The notes under the pieces: model-generated
Seen by the model: the letters and a program-made list of their open reading frames with translations, nothing else
Told to the model about the DNA's origin: nothing
Database searches by the model: none
Part shown: positions 30,126 through 40,269 of the stretch, in pieces
Position numbering within the stretch: position 1 is the first letter of the stretch
How the letters are laid out: each line of letters opens with the position of its first letter
Program-made: the position numbers and the translations under genes
DNA from: a virus
Direction: 5' to 3' (one strand)
Virus record (IMG/VR): IMGVR_UViG_3300032287_004273
Location: 1 to 64,000 of that record
Length of the DNA: 64,000 nucleotides

Positions 30126-30519
30126 AGTTAGAGTTACCCATGTAAGACAATTTTTTAGATTCAATCCGCAAACTGGAGAAAAGAAAAGGTTTTTCGCGGC
30201 ATTTCAATCTAGTAAATTTTATAAAAAATTTAATTTAAAACCTGCGTCTGAACAGGAAATGAAAGATGAATTCTTTTTGGATAGCAGGGGTGGAGAAACA
30301 ATTATTGAAATTGCTTTTCCACAAGGGAGTGAACTTGGAAAGGGCGTCTCAATTTGCTCTGAACAAGATTCTTATGTTAAGAAAATTGGAATTAGAAAAG
30401 CTACAGCTTTGGCTTTAAAAAATATTGAAGAAAATAAAAAATTAAATGCTGACAGTTTTACAAAATTACTGGAACAAAATAAAGATCTCTATTCAGATTT
30501 GAGATCTCAAATGGCATGA
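30079..30519 (+). CDS. Hypothetical protein
   Basis: Packed ORF; ATG at 30079. Confidence 0.65.
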   Translation: MKKVPTVHELRKKGYKVRVTHVRQFFRFNPQTGEKKRFFAAFQSSKFYKKFNLKPASEQEMKDEFFLDSRGGETIIEIAFPQGSELGKGVSICSEQDSYVKKIGIRKATALALKNIEENKKLNADSFTKLLEQNKDLYSDLRSQMA

Positions 30520-30691
30520 TTCATAAATTTATTTGTTTATGTTTTTATTATTTAGGCGACATATGCTGTCGCCTAAATTTTTTATATCTATATAATTTTT
30601 TTATGAGTCTGTCTGTCGATCTTTCGGATAAACATGAACTAGGAATATGGAAATGTGTTGACAAATCAGAAAATGATGCCTAATATCTTTC

Positions 30692-31210
30692 ATGAACTTG
30701 TTTTGTCTAGATTCTGATCCAAATATTGCAGCACAATACAACTGCGACCAACACTGTAATAAAATAGTGCTTGAGTGCGCTCAAATGATGGCTAATTGTT
30801 TCGATGTCACCGTACTTAAATCTGCTCCACCTAATATGCTTGGCCAACCTCGCAAGCATTCTTACTTCAATCATCCTGTATCTAAGTGGATGCGGGAAAC
30901 AATCGGCAACCTTCTTTGGTCTATCGACCACGCTTTCGCTCTTGAGCGCGAGCGTATTTATCGTGGATACAATCCACACTTTTCAATACGGTTTATCAAC
31001 TGGGTTGCTGACAACTTTGACAAGTCAGTAGTTCCATATGGCGACCAAACAGAATTTGCAGTCGCTATTGCGCCCACAATGCAATGTCGCCAACATATAG
31101 CATTTAATAACGCAGATTCAGTTGGCAAATATCGTTTGTATTATCAATTTGATAAACCTTTTGCGACTTGGACTAAACGCAACAAACCAAATTGGTTTAA
31201 CTCAATTTAA
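30692..31210 (+). CDS. Pyrimidine-dimer DNA glycosylase/endonuclease V-like family protein
   Basis: MNLF.LD.DP..AAQ..CDQH..K.VLE.AQM, NHP..KW, YRLYY...K..ATW..R..P.W. Confidence 0.7.
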   Translation: MNLFCLDSDPNIAAQYNCDQHCNKIVLECAQMMANCFDVTVLKSAPPNMLGQPRKHSYFNHPVSKWMRETIGNLLWSIDHAFALERERIYRGYNPHFSIRFINWVADNFDKSVVPYGDQTEFAVAIAPTMQCRQHIAFNNADSVGKYRLYYQFDKPFATWTKRNKPNWFNSI

Positions 31211-31211
31211 A

Positions 31212-31475
31212 ATGCGCGAAAATATTATAGAAATTTCAAAAGATAAATTTGATGATTTCTTTAGAGAAATCTATCCAAAACATCATAATATTGAAACTCA
31301 AAATGTTAGTGAAATTCATAGATTGTCAGCGTTTGAAAAAAATTATGTTAATCAAATTTTTGAATTGAATTATGGTTTTAGTTATGCAGGCATTTCAATA
31401 GATAAATTAAATTATCATTTACTTTTAGTAGACAAAAAATTATTTTCAGTAGCAAGAATAAAATACGGCATATGA
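31212..31475 (+). CDS. Hypothetical protein, KYGI C-terminal family
   Basis: Ends VDKKLFSVARIKYGI. Confidence 0.65.
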   Translation: MRENIIEISKDKFDDFFREIYPKHHNIETQNVSEIHRLSAFEKNYVNQIFELNYGFSYAGISIDKLNYHLLLVDKKLFSVARIKYGI

Positions 31476-31891
31476 TAAAATACATTATATTAACTTCGCT
31501 ACTATTATCGCCGCCCAAAGCTGAAGGTGGTGCTCGTGTTCAAAGTTTAGAAATTAATCAGCAAAAAATTATTAGTAGCAATCTTGGAATTTTGCAACCA
31601 AATTTAATTATTTCGTTAAATGTCGGCGACTTGATTAAGTTTTATTTTCCAGATGGAAGTTGTGAAACTGGGATAGTAAAATCAAGAAAAGAAGAAAAAG
31701 ATTGCATTAGAGTATTCGGAGACATTTCCAACAGAAGAGATTCGGGTTTTGGTTTTGGATTAACTCCAAACGCTTTTGGAGGCGCACTTGTTTACAGAGA
31801 TACTGAAAAAAATAAAATCTACGAAGCTAAATTCGATGACTTGCTTGGTGGATTTATTTTTCGTTTAAAAATACCAAGCATTGAGCTTTAA
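31472..31891 (+). CDS. Hypothetical protein with signal-peptide-like N-terminus
   Basis: MIKYIILTSLLLS. Confidence 0.6.
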   Translation: MIKYIILTSLLLSPPKAEGGARVQSLEINQQKIISSNLGILQPNLIISLNVGDLIKFYFPDGSCETGIVKSRKEEKDCIRVFGDISNRRDSGFGFGLTPNAFGGALVYRDTEKNKIYEAKFDDLLGGFIFRLKIPSIEL

Positions 31892-31893
31892 TA

Positions 31894-32184
31894 ATGGAAG
31901 TTAAAATTGATTCTCTTGTTTATCAAGATTTTGTCCACGATTGGATAAAAAAAATTAAAAAAAAGAATCCAGAAAGATTGCCAGAAGATAAATTAGATTT
32001 ACTTTACCAAGACTTTGATAGAGTAAATGGCTTAAAGCATTACGAGAGAATTTATACAAATAAATACTCTCCAGAAGATATTTTTAAAGTTGTCAATAAA
32101 GCTAAATATCTGTTTTTCAAATTGAAAAACAACCTTGACAGTTCCGAATATGATGGTAGTATCGAGGAAATCTATGAAAACTAA
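31894..32184 (+). CDS. Hypothetical protein (KYGI-family-like)
   Basis: FKVVNKAKYLFFKLK. Confidence 0.6.
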   Translation: MEVKIDSLVYQDFVHDWIKKIKKKNPERLPEDKLDLLYQDFDRVNGLKHYERIYTNKYSPEDIFKVVNKAKYLFFKLKNNLDSSEYDGSIEEIYEN

Positions 32185-32725
32185 ACCCTTAAACGAACAA
32201 GAAATTGCAGTTTTATTCACAGAATATTTTTCTGAACTTAAAAAATATATTTTAAATTTTACTAGCTCAATTGATTTTGCTGAAGATTCGGCACAATTAA
32301 GTTTCATGAAACTTTGCAGAAATAAACCATCCTTTGAAACTCCTGAATCCGCAAAATGCTGGCTAAAAACAGTCGCTAAAAATTCACTTTTTACATTTCA
32401 TAAAAAAAATAAAAAGTACATCTTTATTGATACTCAAGAGTCCGCTTCGGAAATTGAAAATCTGCAGCCTCAAATTGATGTCGCGAGTGGATTTGAAAAT
32501 TTAGCTGATTTAGAAGAGGAAGTTCTTAATAGAACCACTTTAATTAGTTTAATGAACAAATTAACTAAAAAACAAAAAGAAGTTTTGCAACTCAGATACT
32601 TTGAAAATCTCACTTACGAACAAATAGCGCAAAAAACAAAAAATAAAGTTACAAATGTTGGTTTCTTGATTAACGAAGGAAAAAGGAATTTGAAAAAATT
32701 TTGGAACAATTACGCAAAAGCTTAA
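32174..32725 (+). CDS. ECF-type RNA polymerase sigma factor
   Basis: Region 2 AEDSAQLSF...WLKTVAKN; region 4 LTKKQKEVLQLRYFENLTYEQIA. Confidence 0.85.
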   Translation: MKTKPLNEQEIAVLFTEYFSELKKYILNFTSSIDFAEDSAQLSFMKLCRNKPSFETPESAKCWLKTVAKNSLFTFHKKNKKYIFIDTQESASEIENLQPQIDVASGFENLADLEEEVLNRTTLISLMNKLTKKQKEVLQLRYFENLTYEQIAQKTKNKVTNVGFLINEGKRNLKKFWNNYAKA

Positions 32726-32735
32726 TAAATATATT

Positions 32736-33083
32736 ATGATGATTAGCTCTCAAAAAATCAAAGACATTTTAATGACCTCGTTTGCAGTTTTATCTGTTGC
32801 AGCGGTTTCTGTTTGCTACGATTCTTATTTAACAGATAAAGAATGGAAAGAAATGCTTCTCAAAGAAGGTTATGCGGAATACGATTCAAAAACTGGCGAT
32901 TGGAAGTTAAGCAAACCAGAAATTGTAATGTTTAATCTTAACGACTTAGAAAGCAAAGGTCAAAAAATGCAAATTAAAATTGATGATTATTTAAAAGCTC
33001 TTGAGGCGGAAGTAGATAAATTCCAAAAGCAATCGGAAGCCATCATTGAAGGTGTAAAAACCTCTAATGGAAAAAAGAATTAA
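32736..33083 (+). CDS. Hypothetical membrane-anchored protein
   Basis: N-terminal hydrophobic segment. Confidence 0.6.
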   Translation: MMISSQKIKDILMTSFAVLSVAAVSVCYDSYLTDKEWKEMLLKEGYAEYDSKTGDWKLSKPEIVMFNLNDLESKGQKMQIKIDDYLKALEAEVDKFQKQSEAIIEGVKTSNGKKN

Positions 33084-33252
33084 AATTAGTTTTAATAATT
33101 CGACTCAACTTTGGACTGCTGAAACTGAAAGTGGAATTTTTATTGGAAAATCAAAAGATAAAGAAAGTTTATACGAGCAAATTTTCTTGTATTTTAGAAT
33201 AAATATTCACTTTTAATCTTGACTAAATATATAAATCTGTTAAATTTGAAAC

Positions 33253-34347
33253 ATGAGTACTGACAAAAAAATTGACGTAACAAAAACTGCGCAAAGCAAT
33301 GCCCTTGGACCATCTGCAATTAAATCTGCCATCAAAACCCTCTTGAAGGCTAGAGAGGTTCCTATGATTTGGGGACCGCCAGGGGTTGGCAAGTCAGATC
33401 TCTGTTTTGAGATTGGTAGAGAAACAAATAGAAAAGTTCTCGATATTCGTCTTGCACTTTGGGAACCAACTGATGTTCGCGGCATTCCCTTTTACGATCC
33501 AGAATCTAAAACAATGAAGTGGGCTCCACCTTCTGAGTTGCCACAAGGTAAAAAAGATAATCCTATTATTTTATTTGATGAACTTCCTTCTGCGGCACCC
33601 ACTGTTCAAGTTGGCGCATATCAAATTACTCTAAATCGCAGAATTGGTGAGTACGTGCTTCCCGAGGGTGCAGATATGATTTGCGCAGGTAATCGCGAAA
33701 ATGATCGCGGCGTTACTTACAAAATGCCAATGCCCTTGGCTAATCGCTTGATTCATCTCCAGATGAAAGCGGATTTTAATGATTGGTTTCAATGGGCAAT
33801 TAATAACGATGTGCATAATGACGTAGTTTCATTTTTGACTTGGTCTAAGAAAGATCTTTTTGACTTTGATCCAAAGTCTTCGTCAATGGCTTTTGCAACT
33901 CCTCGTTCTTGGGAAAAGGCATCTAACATTTTAAAGCATGTAACTAACGAATCTGAAAATTTAGTTACTTCATTAATGGGGGGAGCAATTGGTGATGGTT
34001 TGGCAATCAGTTTCATGACTTATAGGAAACTTGCAAGCAAGCTTCCCAAAACAGATGAGATTCTAGATGGTTCGCTCAAGAAACTCAAGAACTCAAAAGA
34101 CATTTCAATTCTTTACGCTATCTGCATTAACTGCTGCTCAGAACTGAGAGAAAGAATTGGTCAGAAAAATTGGTTGGAGCAAGTAGATAATTATTTTCAG
34201 TTTGCTCTTGACAATTTCATGCAAGAGATGATAGTTGTGGCAGTCAAGTTCGCATTGAGAAATTACGAACTGCCAATCGATCCATGTAAGCTTAAAACAT
34301 ACAACGCTTTCATGGAAAAAGTAGAAAAACATCTTTTCTCTAATTAA
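33253..34347 (+). CDS. MoxR/dynein-related AAA+ ATPase
   Basis: GPPGVGKS, ILFDE, AGN, PLANR, TPRSW. Confidence 0.9.
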   Translation: MSTDKKIDVTKTAQSNALGPSAIKSAIKTLLKAREVPMIWGPPGVGKSDLCFEIGRETNRKVLDIRLALWEPTDVRGIPFYDPESKTMKWAPPSELPQGKKDNPIILFDELPSAAPTVQVGAYQITLNRRIGEYVLPEGADMICAGNRENDRGVTYKMPMPLANRLIHLQMKADFNDWFQWAINNDVHNDVVSFLTWSKKDLFDFDPKSSSMAFATPRSWEKASNILKHVTNESENLVTSLMGGAIGDGLAISFMTYRKLASKLPKTDEILDGSLKKLKNSKDISILYAICINCCSELRERIGQKNWLEQVDNYFQFALDNFMQEMIVVAVKFALRNYELPIDPCKLKTYNAFMEKVEKHLFSN

Positions 34348-34348
34348 C

Positions 34349-35524
34349 ATGCTCAAGAAAACGGAACAGTTGTCAGCTACCGATAAAATCATATCGGCAA
34401 GAATTAAATTGCTCTTAAGTCAACCGTTTTTCGGAAATATTGTATCTCGTCTCGAATTAGTCGAGACGAGACAATTTCCAACTGGAGCAACTGATGGATA
34501 TAGATTATATTTTAATCCAGACTTTATTGATAAATTAACTTCAGCAGAAGTTTTATTTTTTGTTGCTCATGAGGCTTGCCATATCATTTTTCTTTATTGG
34601 GAAAGGCAGAATGATAGAATCAGTCAAATGTGGAATGCTGCTTCTGACTATGCCGCTAATGATATTTTAAAAGTAAATAAAATTGGCAAATTAGTTAATG
34701 ATTGTCTTTGGAGTGATAAGTATAAAAATTCTTATTCTGAAGAGATTTACGACGATCTGCAAAAAAATGCGCCCAAAAATGCTGCTGCATACGATAAATT
34801 CTTAAAAGATTTAGCTTCAAAGATTCTTGATACTCATCTGCCAATGGATAAAGATGGCGATGGCAATCAAAGAACTCAGGAAGAAATTGATACTTTAGTT
34901 AATCAAATCAAACAAGATATCATTTCTGGAATCCAATCTTGTGATTCTGGAAATAGACCTCAAGGAATTGATAGAATTGTTGGATCTATCACGAATCCTC
35001 AATTATCTTGGCAAGAAGTCATTCGCCAAAAGTGCAAATCAAAAATAAAAAATGATTTTACTTTTATGCGACCAAGTAAAAGATCTTTTCATACTGGAGT
35101 GTATCTGCCAAGCATGCACGTAGAAGATCATATTGATATCTGCATTGCATTTGATGTTTCTGGCTCAATTGGAGATGATCTAATTTCACTATTCAAATCT
35201 GAGATCTTGGGAATTATTTCTGATTTTAAGTCTTGGAATATCAAAATGTGGAGTTTTGATACCAAAGTATACAATGTCAAAGAATACTCGTCGGATGGCG
35301 ATTCTGGCGTACTTGAATACGAACCTCAAGGTGGAGGAGGAACTGACTTCGAATGCAATTGGGAATATATGAAAAAGCATGAAATAGATCCTAAGCTTTT
35401 CATTATGTTTACCGATCTATATCCATACGGAGGTTGGGGAGATCCAAATTATTGTGATACAATTTTCGTAGGCTACCACAACAAAACAACTATAGCTCCA
35501 TTTGGAGAAACAATTCATTTATGA
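34349..35524 (+). CDS. HExxH metallopeptidase-like plus VWA-like domain protein (DUF2201-type)
   Basis: TGATDG, HEACH, WNAASD, DVSGS, GGGTDF, FTD. Confidence 0.85.
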   Translation: MLKKTEQLSATDKIISARIKLLLSQPFFGNIVSRLELVETRQFPTGATDGYRLYFNPDFIDKLTSAEVLFFVAHEACHIIFLYWERQNDRISQMWNAASDYAANDILKVNKIGKLVNDCLWSDKYKNSYSEEIYDDLQKNAPKNAAAYDKFLKDLASKILDTHLPMDKDGDGNQRTQEEIDTLVNQIKQDIISGIQSCDSGNRPQGIDRIVGSITNPQLSWQEVIRQKCKSKIKNDFTFMRPSKRSFHTGVYLPSMHVEDHIDICIAFDVSGSIGDDLISLFKSEILGIISDFKSWNIKMWSFDTKVYNVKEYSSDGDSGVLEYEPQGGGGTDFECNWEYMKKHEIDPKLFIMFTDLYPYGGWGDPNYCDTIFVGYHNKTTIAPFGETIHL

Positions 35525-35895
35525 CGCTTTATAAAAAGGTTGGAAGAAAATATGTTGCAGTAAGCGACACTGAGGCTTATTCTGGACTAGACAATGGTCA
35601 CTGGCTGATTTCTATCGAAAAGGGTTCGACAAGCTGCAGAAGGGCAATTAATCCAGCTTTTGCTGAATTAGAACTCGCTTGCCTCTTGACAAGTCATAGG
35701 GTTGTGAGCTATCTTAGTGAAGTTAGTGCTGGTAGACCAAAGAGTCGACCTTTGACAGAAAAAGAACAAAAGGCATTGAAGGCTTTTTACAAGATAGCTG
35801 GAAAAGATTGCTTGTTATATTGGGAATATCCCTCTCTGCAAGAAATGGCAGAAAAAATAATTAAATTAATTGCTTCAAACGGAAAATGTACTTAA
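35521..35895 (+). CDS. Hypothetical protein
   Basis: ATGA overlap with the upstream gene. Confidence 0.65.
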   Translation: MTLYKKVGRKYVAVSDTEAYSGLDNGHWLISIEKGSTSCRRAINPAFAELELACLLTSHRVVSYLSEVSAGRPKSRPLTEKEQKALKAFYKIAGKDCLLYWEYPSLQEMAEKIIKLIASNGKCT

Positions 35896-35950
35896 ACTTA
35901 TTGATGTTATATTTGATAATATTCCACACACCAAAATTTTTTAAAAACTT

Positions 35951-36202
35951 ATGACTGACATTAATTATGAATTTATAGTAATTGAAACTATTAAAACTTA
36001 TTTAAGCAATTCGAAGAAAGAAATTGAAATTAATTTAAATTCTTCAATCATCGATATTGGAATTGACTCACTAGATATGATAGAGATAGGTCTTTTGATC
36101 GAAGAAAAATACAAAATAAATGTCCCCGTAGATGATCTTTTGGGAAAGTCAGTTAACTCAATACAAGATTTAATTTTCTTTCTTCAAGAAAGCAACTCAT
36201 AA
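35951..36202 (+). CDS. Acyl carrier protein-like protein
   Basis: DIGIDSLDMIEI...IEEKY phosphopantetheine-site motif; 83 aa; acidic. Confidence 0.8.
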   Translation: MTDINYEFIVIETIKTYLSNSKKEIEINLNSSIIDIGIDSLDMIEIGLLIEEKYKINVPVDDLLGKSVNSIQDLIFFLQESNS

Positions 36203-36352
36203 TGATTGCATTATTTAATTCTTTTTTAAATCTTTTTGAAAAAATCTTAAAAAGATGTGTTTTAGTATGTTTTGCAACAATTGCATTTCCATTTGTAATG
36301 ATAGCTTTTATGTTTGGAATAATAAATTTACAAAAAATAAATACAGAAGAAG

Positions 36353-36559
36353 ATGAAGACTGAATCGCTAGAAATAAATTTAAATGAATTTACTAAAGAA
36401 GAATTAATCCTTCTTATTGAAATGGCTCACTCTAAGGACATGACTTTTAATGAGTGTATTGTTTTTATAATTAAAAAAGCATTAAATGAATTCGAAACAA
36501 TTGTCGAAACAATTGAAAGACTCAGAGCTGAACGAGCAACTTCAGATTCTGAAGAATGA
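36353..36559 (+). CDS. Hypothetical protein
   Basis: Packed ORF. Confidence 0.6.
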   Translation: MKTESLEINLNEFTKEELILLIEMAHSKDMTFNECIVFIIKKALNEFETIVETIERLRAERATSDSEE

Positions 36560-37103
36560 GTATTTGGCTCGAAAAACTTTTCATCTAATAAAGACTGGAA
36601 AGGAACCTAAAAGAAAAAACTTATTTAAAAATTTATTTTACCTTGCTGGATTTGGAGATAAGTATTTGTTAATGATGTCTACTGGACACAAAAGTATTAA
36701 TTCTGAACTTTATCAATTTTGCAAAATAAAAACAAAAGAAATAATAGATGAAGACATGGCAGATTTCATGATTTCAAGCGTTTCTGAAATTTGCAGCAAA
36801 TATTTAAATTTAGTTTCTTTTAATTTAAATAAATCTTATGTTTGGACTTTAGAAATAGCTTATTCCGACGTTCAATGGGAAAATATAGATTTAGAACTTT
36901 TATGTAATCATTCTGACAACATAGATATTGTTAATTATTTTCCCAGTATTATTAATTTTAAAAAAATTCCGCAAAATATTAAAAATATTTTAGAAGAAAA
37001 AAAGATAGCTTTTGAAACCAAAAAAGAACTCGAAAGACAGCAGATTATGGTTGACTATCTTCTTTCTAAAGGTTATAATGTTCAAAAACCAAAATATGAA
37101 TAG
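36486..37103 (+). CDS. Hypothetical protein
   Basis: 205-aa ORF. Confidence 0.65.
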   Translation: MNSKQLSKQLKDSELNEQLQILKNEYLARKTFHLIKTGKEPKRKNLFKNLFYLAGFGDKYLLMMSTGHKSINSELYQFCKIKTKEIIDEDMADFMISSVSEICSKYLNLVSFNLNKSYVWTLEIAYSDVQWENIDLELLCNHSDNIDIVNYFPSIINFKKIPQNIKNILEEKKIAFETKKELERQQIMVDYLLSKGYNVQKPKYE

Positions 37104-37599
37104 ACATACTAAATTAAGTGTAAAACAACCTTACTTATCATTAAACAAACTCGTCTTTGACGAGGTCTTTGAATTTGACTTTTTTGATTTGAGTTCTTTG
37201 CAATTCTCGCTTTCAGAAGTTCAAAAGCAAGAAGGAAATGAAAAGTTTAATTTTGAAATCAAAATTAATAGTAGCAAATGCACTATAAAATACTCAAGAT
37301 TTCAAAAAGAAAATGAAGATATTTCGCTCGAAACTTTTGAAAAAATTCTGGAAGGCAAAGGTTATCTGATTGTCAAGCCAGTTAAGCCAGCAGTTAAACT
37401 AGCTGAGTCAATTAAACCACTAGATCCAAAACAATTTAAAATTGAACCTCTTTCAACAGCACAAATTGCAGATATAAAGAACTCTTTTGTAAAGAACTCT
37501 TTTGATACAAGGTTTATACCCACCATTACGACAGATTATTTAAGTAATTTATATCCGAATGGATTAACTTCCGCTAATACCTCAAATACAAATAAATAA
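37096..37599 (+). CDS. Hypothetical protein
   Basis: ATG after TTGACT-N17-TATAAT. Confidence 0.65.
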   Translation: MNRHTKLSVKQPYLSLNKLVFDEVFEFDFFDLSSLQFSLSEVQKQEGNEKFNFEIKINSSKCTIKYSRFQKENEDISLETFEKILEGKGYLIVKPVKPAVKLAESIKPLDPKQFKIEPLSTAQIADIKNSFVKNSFDTRFIPTITTDYLSNLYPNGLTSANTSNTNK

Positions 37600-37600
37600 C

Positions 37601-37879
37601 ATGAAAATCAAAAACATAATCATTGGAGCAATTTTAATGAGCGCATCTATCGTTTCAGCTATTAAAGCTGTCGATAATAAACAGCCTAAATATTGTCCTG
37701 TTGTTGAGCCAATTTTAATTAATCCAGCGGATCTTTACGCTCAAAGTAGTGAGGAACAGCAATTTATTACTGAAGAGCATTGCTCAAAATGTCAATCTGG
37801 AGTTTTTAGATCTAGGATTGATGATCCAAAAAATGAAAAAGGATTAAGTTGCACGTTTTGCGGTTTCACTAAGTCTTAA
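37601..37879 (+). CDS. Hypothetical protein with signal peptide and Zn-ribbon-like CxxC pairs
   Basis: CSKC...CTFC. Confidence 0.6.
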   Translation: MKIKNIIIGAILMSASIVSAIKAVDNKQPKYCPVVEPILINPADLYAQSSEEQQFITEEHCSKCQSGVFRSRIDDPKNEKGLSCTFCGFTKS

Positions 37880-37885
37880 TAGCCT

Positions 37886-38134
37886 ATGATTCCAGAAATA
37901 GGTAAAAAATATAATATAAATTATCTTCCTTGGCCAAGCTTCATAAAAGAACAATCCCTAGATAAGTATAAGGGTATTGGAACTTATGGAGGAGATTCAA
38001 GGATTGAAACCTATGGAATGGAATATGGAGCAGAAGCAAGTGAAATAATTTATTGGTTTACTGATCTAGAAGGTGGAAAGTGTGGTTGGTTCTCGTCCGA
38101 GGATATCATTTCAGAATATAAAGAAGAAGTGTAA
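37886..38134 (+). CDS. Hypothetical protein
   Basis: Packed ORF. Confidence 0.6.
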   Translation: MIPEIGKKYNINYLPWPSFIKEQSLDKYKGIGTYGGDSRIETYGMEYGAEASEIIYWFTDLEGGKCGWFSSEDIISEYKEEV

Positions 38135-38143
38135 TATTATTAC

Positions 38144-38482
38144 ATGGATTCTAATCATTTAAAAGAGTACGGCATAGACATAGGTCTTTTGGTGAGTGGT
38201 TTGTTCGGAGCCATACTTCTTACAAGCAAAGGTTCGGCTATGAACCTTCCTAGAACCATATCAAGTTTAGTTGGTGGTGCCGCTTCAGCCAATTATATTA
38301 CCCCTATCGTAGTTAATATTGCAAAATTAGACAATACACATTATCATTATGGTATAGCCTTCTTATTAGGATTCTTGGGCCTCAAAGGAATTGAATATTT
38401 TAGTAAAAAATTAATTCCCGAAGTTGTCGAAGAGCAACTCCCAGTAAAAAAGGCTAGAAAAACAACCAAAAAGAAAATTTAA
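38144..38482 (+). CDS. Holin-like membrane protein
   Basis: Three hydrophobic segments, basic C-terminus; GTGTAA upstream. Confidence 0.6.
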   Translation: MDSNHLKEYGIDIGLLVSGLFGAILLTSKGSAMNLPRTISSLVGGAASANYITPIVVNIAKLDNTHYHYGIAFLLGFLGLKGIEYFSKKLIPEVVEEQLPVKKARKTTKKKI

Positions 38483-38483
38483 T

Positions 38484-38861
38484 ATGACTGGAATAGTATT
38501 AATCAATGCGATCTCAAATATAACAACATCAATTTCTTCATTAGCTTTGCTTTTACATGTTTTTGGAGATCCAGATAATGAAATTTGGGATAATAAAATT
38601 AAAGCTTGGCTTGCAAAAATCGGTTTAAGCGTAATGATTTGTGGTGCCACATCTAACGCATTGACGCTATCAAATCCTCCTCCAACAGAAGTAGTTTTAA
38701 ACGTAGGCATTGCTTTGACGCTATTCTGGCTATCTTGGTGGCAATGGGAACTCTTCCAAAGAATGCACAAAAAAGCTTCAGTTAAACAAGAGCAAAAGCC
38801 AGCAACAAAACCAACATTAAAAAGAACTTCTAGACCTAAAACGGTCAAGAAAAATGCTTAA
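38484..38861 (+). CDS. Membrane protein (three TM segments, basic tail)
   Basis: Hydropathy by eye; adjacent to the holin-like gene. Confidence 0.6.
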   Translation: MTGIVLINAISNITTSISSLALLLHVFGDPDNEIWDNKIKAWLAKIGLSVMICGATSNALTLSNPPPTEVVLNVGIALTLFWLSWWQWELFQRMHKKASVKQEQKPATKPTLKRTSRPKTVKKNA

Positions 38862-39546
38862 AAGGCTTTTTAATTTTAAATTTTCTAGTCTCAGTCTTTT
38901 TTCCAAGGCTGAGACTCTTGGCGTATACGTACAATATCCAATAGCAGACTTAGAGTGCGCTCAAGCATTAGGAGTAATTTGTAAAAAAAAATATAAAATT
39001 AAATATTTAAACCATAAAACTTTGACAAAAAAATCTTTAGAAAAGATTGATTGTTTAGCTTTCCCAGGTGGTTTGGGAGATTCTGATAATTTTGATCATT
39101 TACTAAAGGATAAAAAGAAAATCGTCCAAGATTACGTCGCTAACGGTGGCAAATATTTAGGTATTTGCATGGGTGGATATCTTGCGGGTAAATATTATTT
39201 TAATATATTAAAAAATGTAGACGCTGTTCAGTATATTAAAAGAAAAAGAGCTGAATTACGATACGAACAAGAAACCGTAACTCCAATTAGATGGAGAGGT
39301 AAAACATACAAAATGTTTTTTTATGATGGCTGCGCTTTAGTTGGAGATCAATCTAGCTTTAAGACAATCGCAAGATATAAAAATGGCGATCCTATGGCCA
39401 TTATTCAAGGTAATGTCGGCATTATTGGATGCCATCCAGAAAGCCCTAAATACTGGTATGAAAACATGCCGTTCGAAAAATATTGGCATGGAGGACGAGA
39501 TCACGAATTACTGCTTGACTTTATTGAGGAATTGATGCAGAATTAA
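38854..39546 (+). CDS. Class I glutamine amidotransferase-like (BPL_N-type) protein
   Basis: FPGG, GGKYLGICMGGY, HPE triad. Confidence 0.8.
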   Translation: MLKRLFNFKFSSLSLFSKAETLGVYVQYPIADLECAQALGVICKKKYKIKYLNHKTLTKKSLEKIDCLAFPGGLGDSDNFDHLLKDKKKIVQDYVANGGKYLGICMGGYLAGKYYFNILKNVDAVQYIKRKRAELRYEQETVTPIRWRGKTYKMFFYDGCALVGDQSSFKTIARYKNGDPMAIIQGNVGIIGCHPESPKYWYENMPFEKYWHGGRDHELLLDFIEELMQN

Positions 39547-39552
39547 TGCAGA

Positions 39553-39780
39553 ATGAAGAATAAAAACGAAACAATCTTTATCGTAAGCAATCAAATTGTC
39601 TTCCCCAATTCAAAAATCAATTGGCCCGATTTAAATTATCCAGATTCTGGCGAAACAATTCTTCGATATTTGCACCTAATTGATTATTCAAACAAAAAAA
39701 TTCAATTAGATTCTGCAAACGGCCCTTGGTTTGAAAATTCTCAGCTTCCATCTGGCGTAGGTTTTTATAAAAAGATTTAA
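39553..39780 (+). CDS. Hypothetical protein
   Basis: Packed ORF with TTGACT upstream. Confidence 0.55.
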   Translation: MKNKNETIFIVSNQIVFPNSKINWPDLNYPDSGETILRYLHLIDYSNKKIQLDSANGPWFENSQLPSGVGFYKKI

Positions 39781-39782
39781 TT

Positions 39783-39944
39783 ATGCAGAACGGAAAAGGT
39801 TCAAAACCAAGACCAATTAAAAATTTTAGTAAGTTTGCGGATAATTGGGACGAAATTAATTGGAACAATAAAAAGCCTAAAAAAAATGAAAAAAGTAAAA
39901 ATCAAAACGCTGTGCTCGACTTGTCTGGACCCATTAGAAGTTGA
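39783..39944 (+). CDS. Small hypothetical protein (53 aa)
   Basis: Not in ORF track; MQNGKGSKPRP...FADNWDEI. Confidence 0.55.
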   Translation: MQNGKGSKPRPIKNFSKFADNWDEINWNNKKPKKNEKSKNQNAVLDLSGPIRS

Positions 39945-40107
39945 ATGGTCTGAGGAAATGAATTGGGCTGGTGAAACAGTTACCGCTCACGAATACATGG
40001 CAAAAGCGTTAAATTCAGACTTTGCAAAGATCTGCTGTGATAAATGCTTGGATGAAATGCCAGATTTTGATTTTAGCGATCCAAATTATAATGTGGAGTA
40101 CGTATGA
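39886..40107 (+). CDS. Small Cys-rich hypothetical protein
   Basis: CSTC...CCDKC. Confidence 0.55.
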   Translation: MKKVKIKTLCSTCLDPLEVEWSEEMNWAGETVTAHEYMAKALNSDFAKICCDKCLDEMPDFDFSDPNYNVEYV

Positions 40108-40269
40108 ATTTATACAAAAAAGAACCAGAAACTTCAGAACTTGAATCCGTGACAACTCTTGTTCCAGAGGTTGGAAGTGTTGCTGATTTAATAGATTATT
40201 TAATTGATCAGCAAAACAAATATAAAAACCACGAACTCTTTTATAGTTTCGTAAGATCAAAGAAGGTGT

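Noticed and set aside
30550-30583. Perfect hairpin ATTTAGGCGACA/TGTCGCCTAAAT as a member of the TAGGCA family
   Set aside because: Different spacing and sequence; fits an ordinary terminator after 30079..30519
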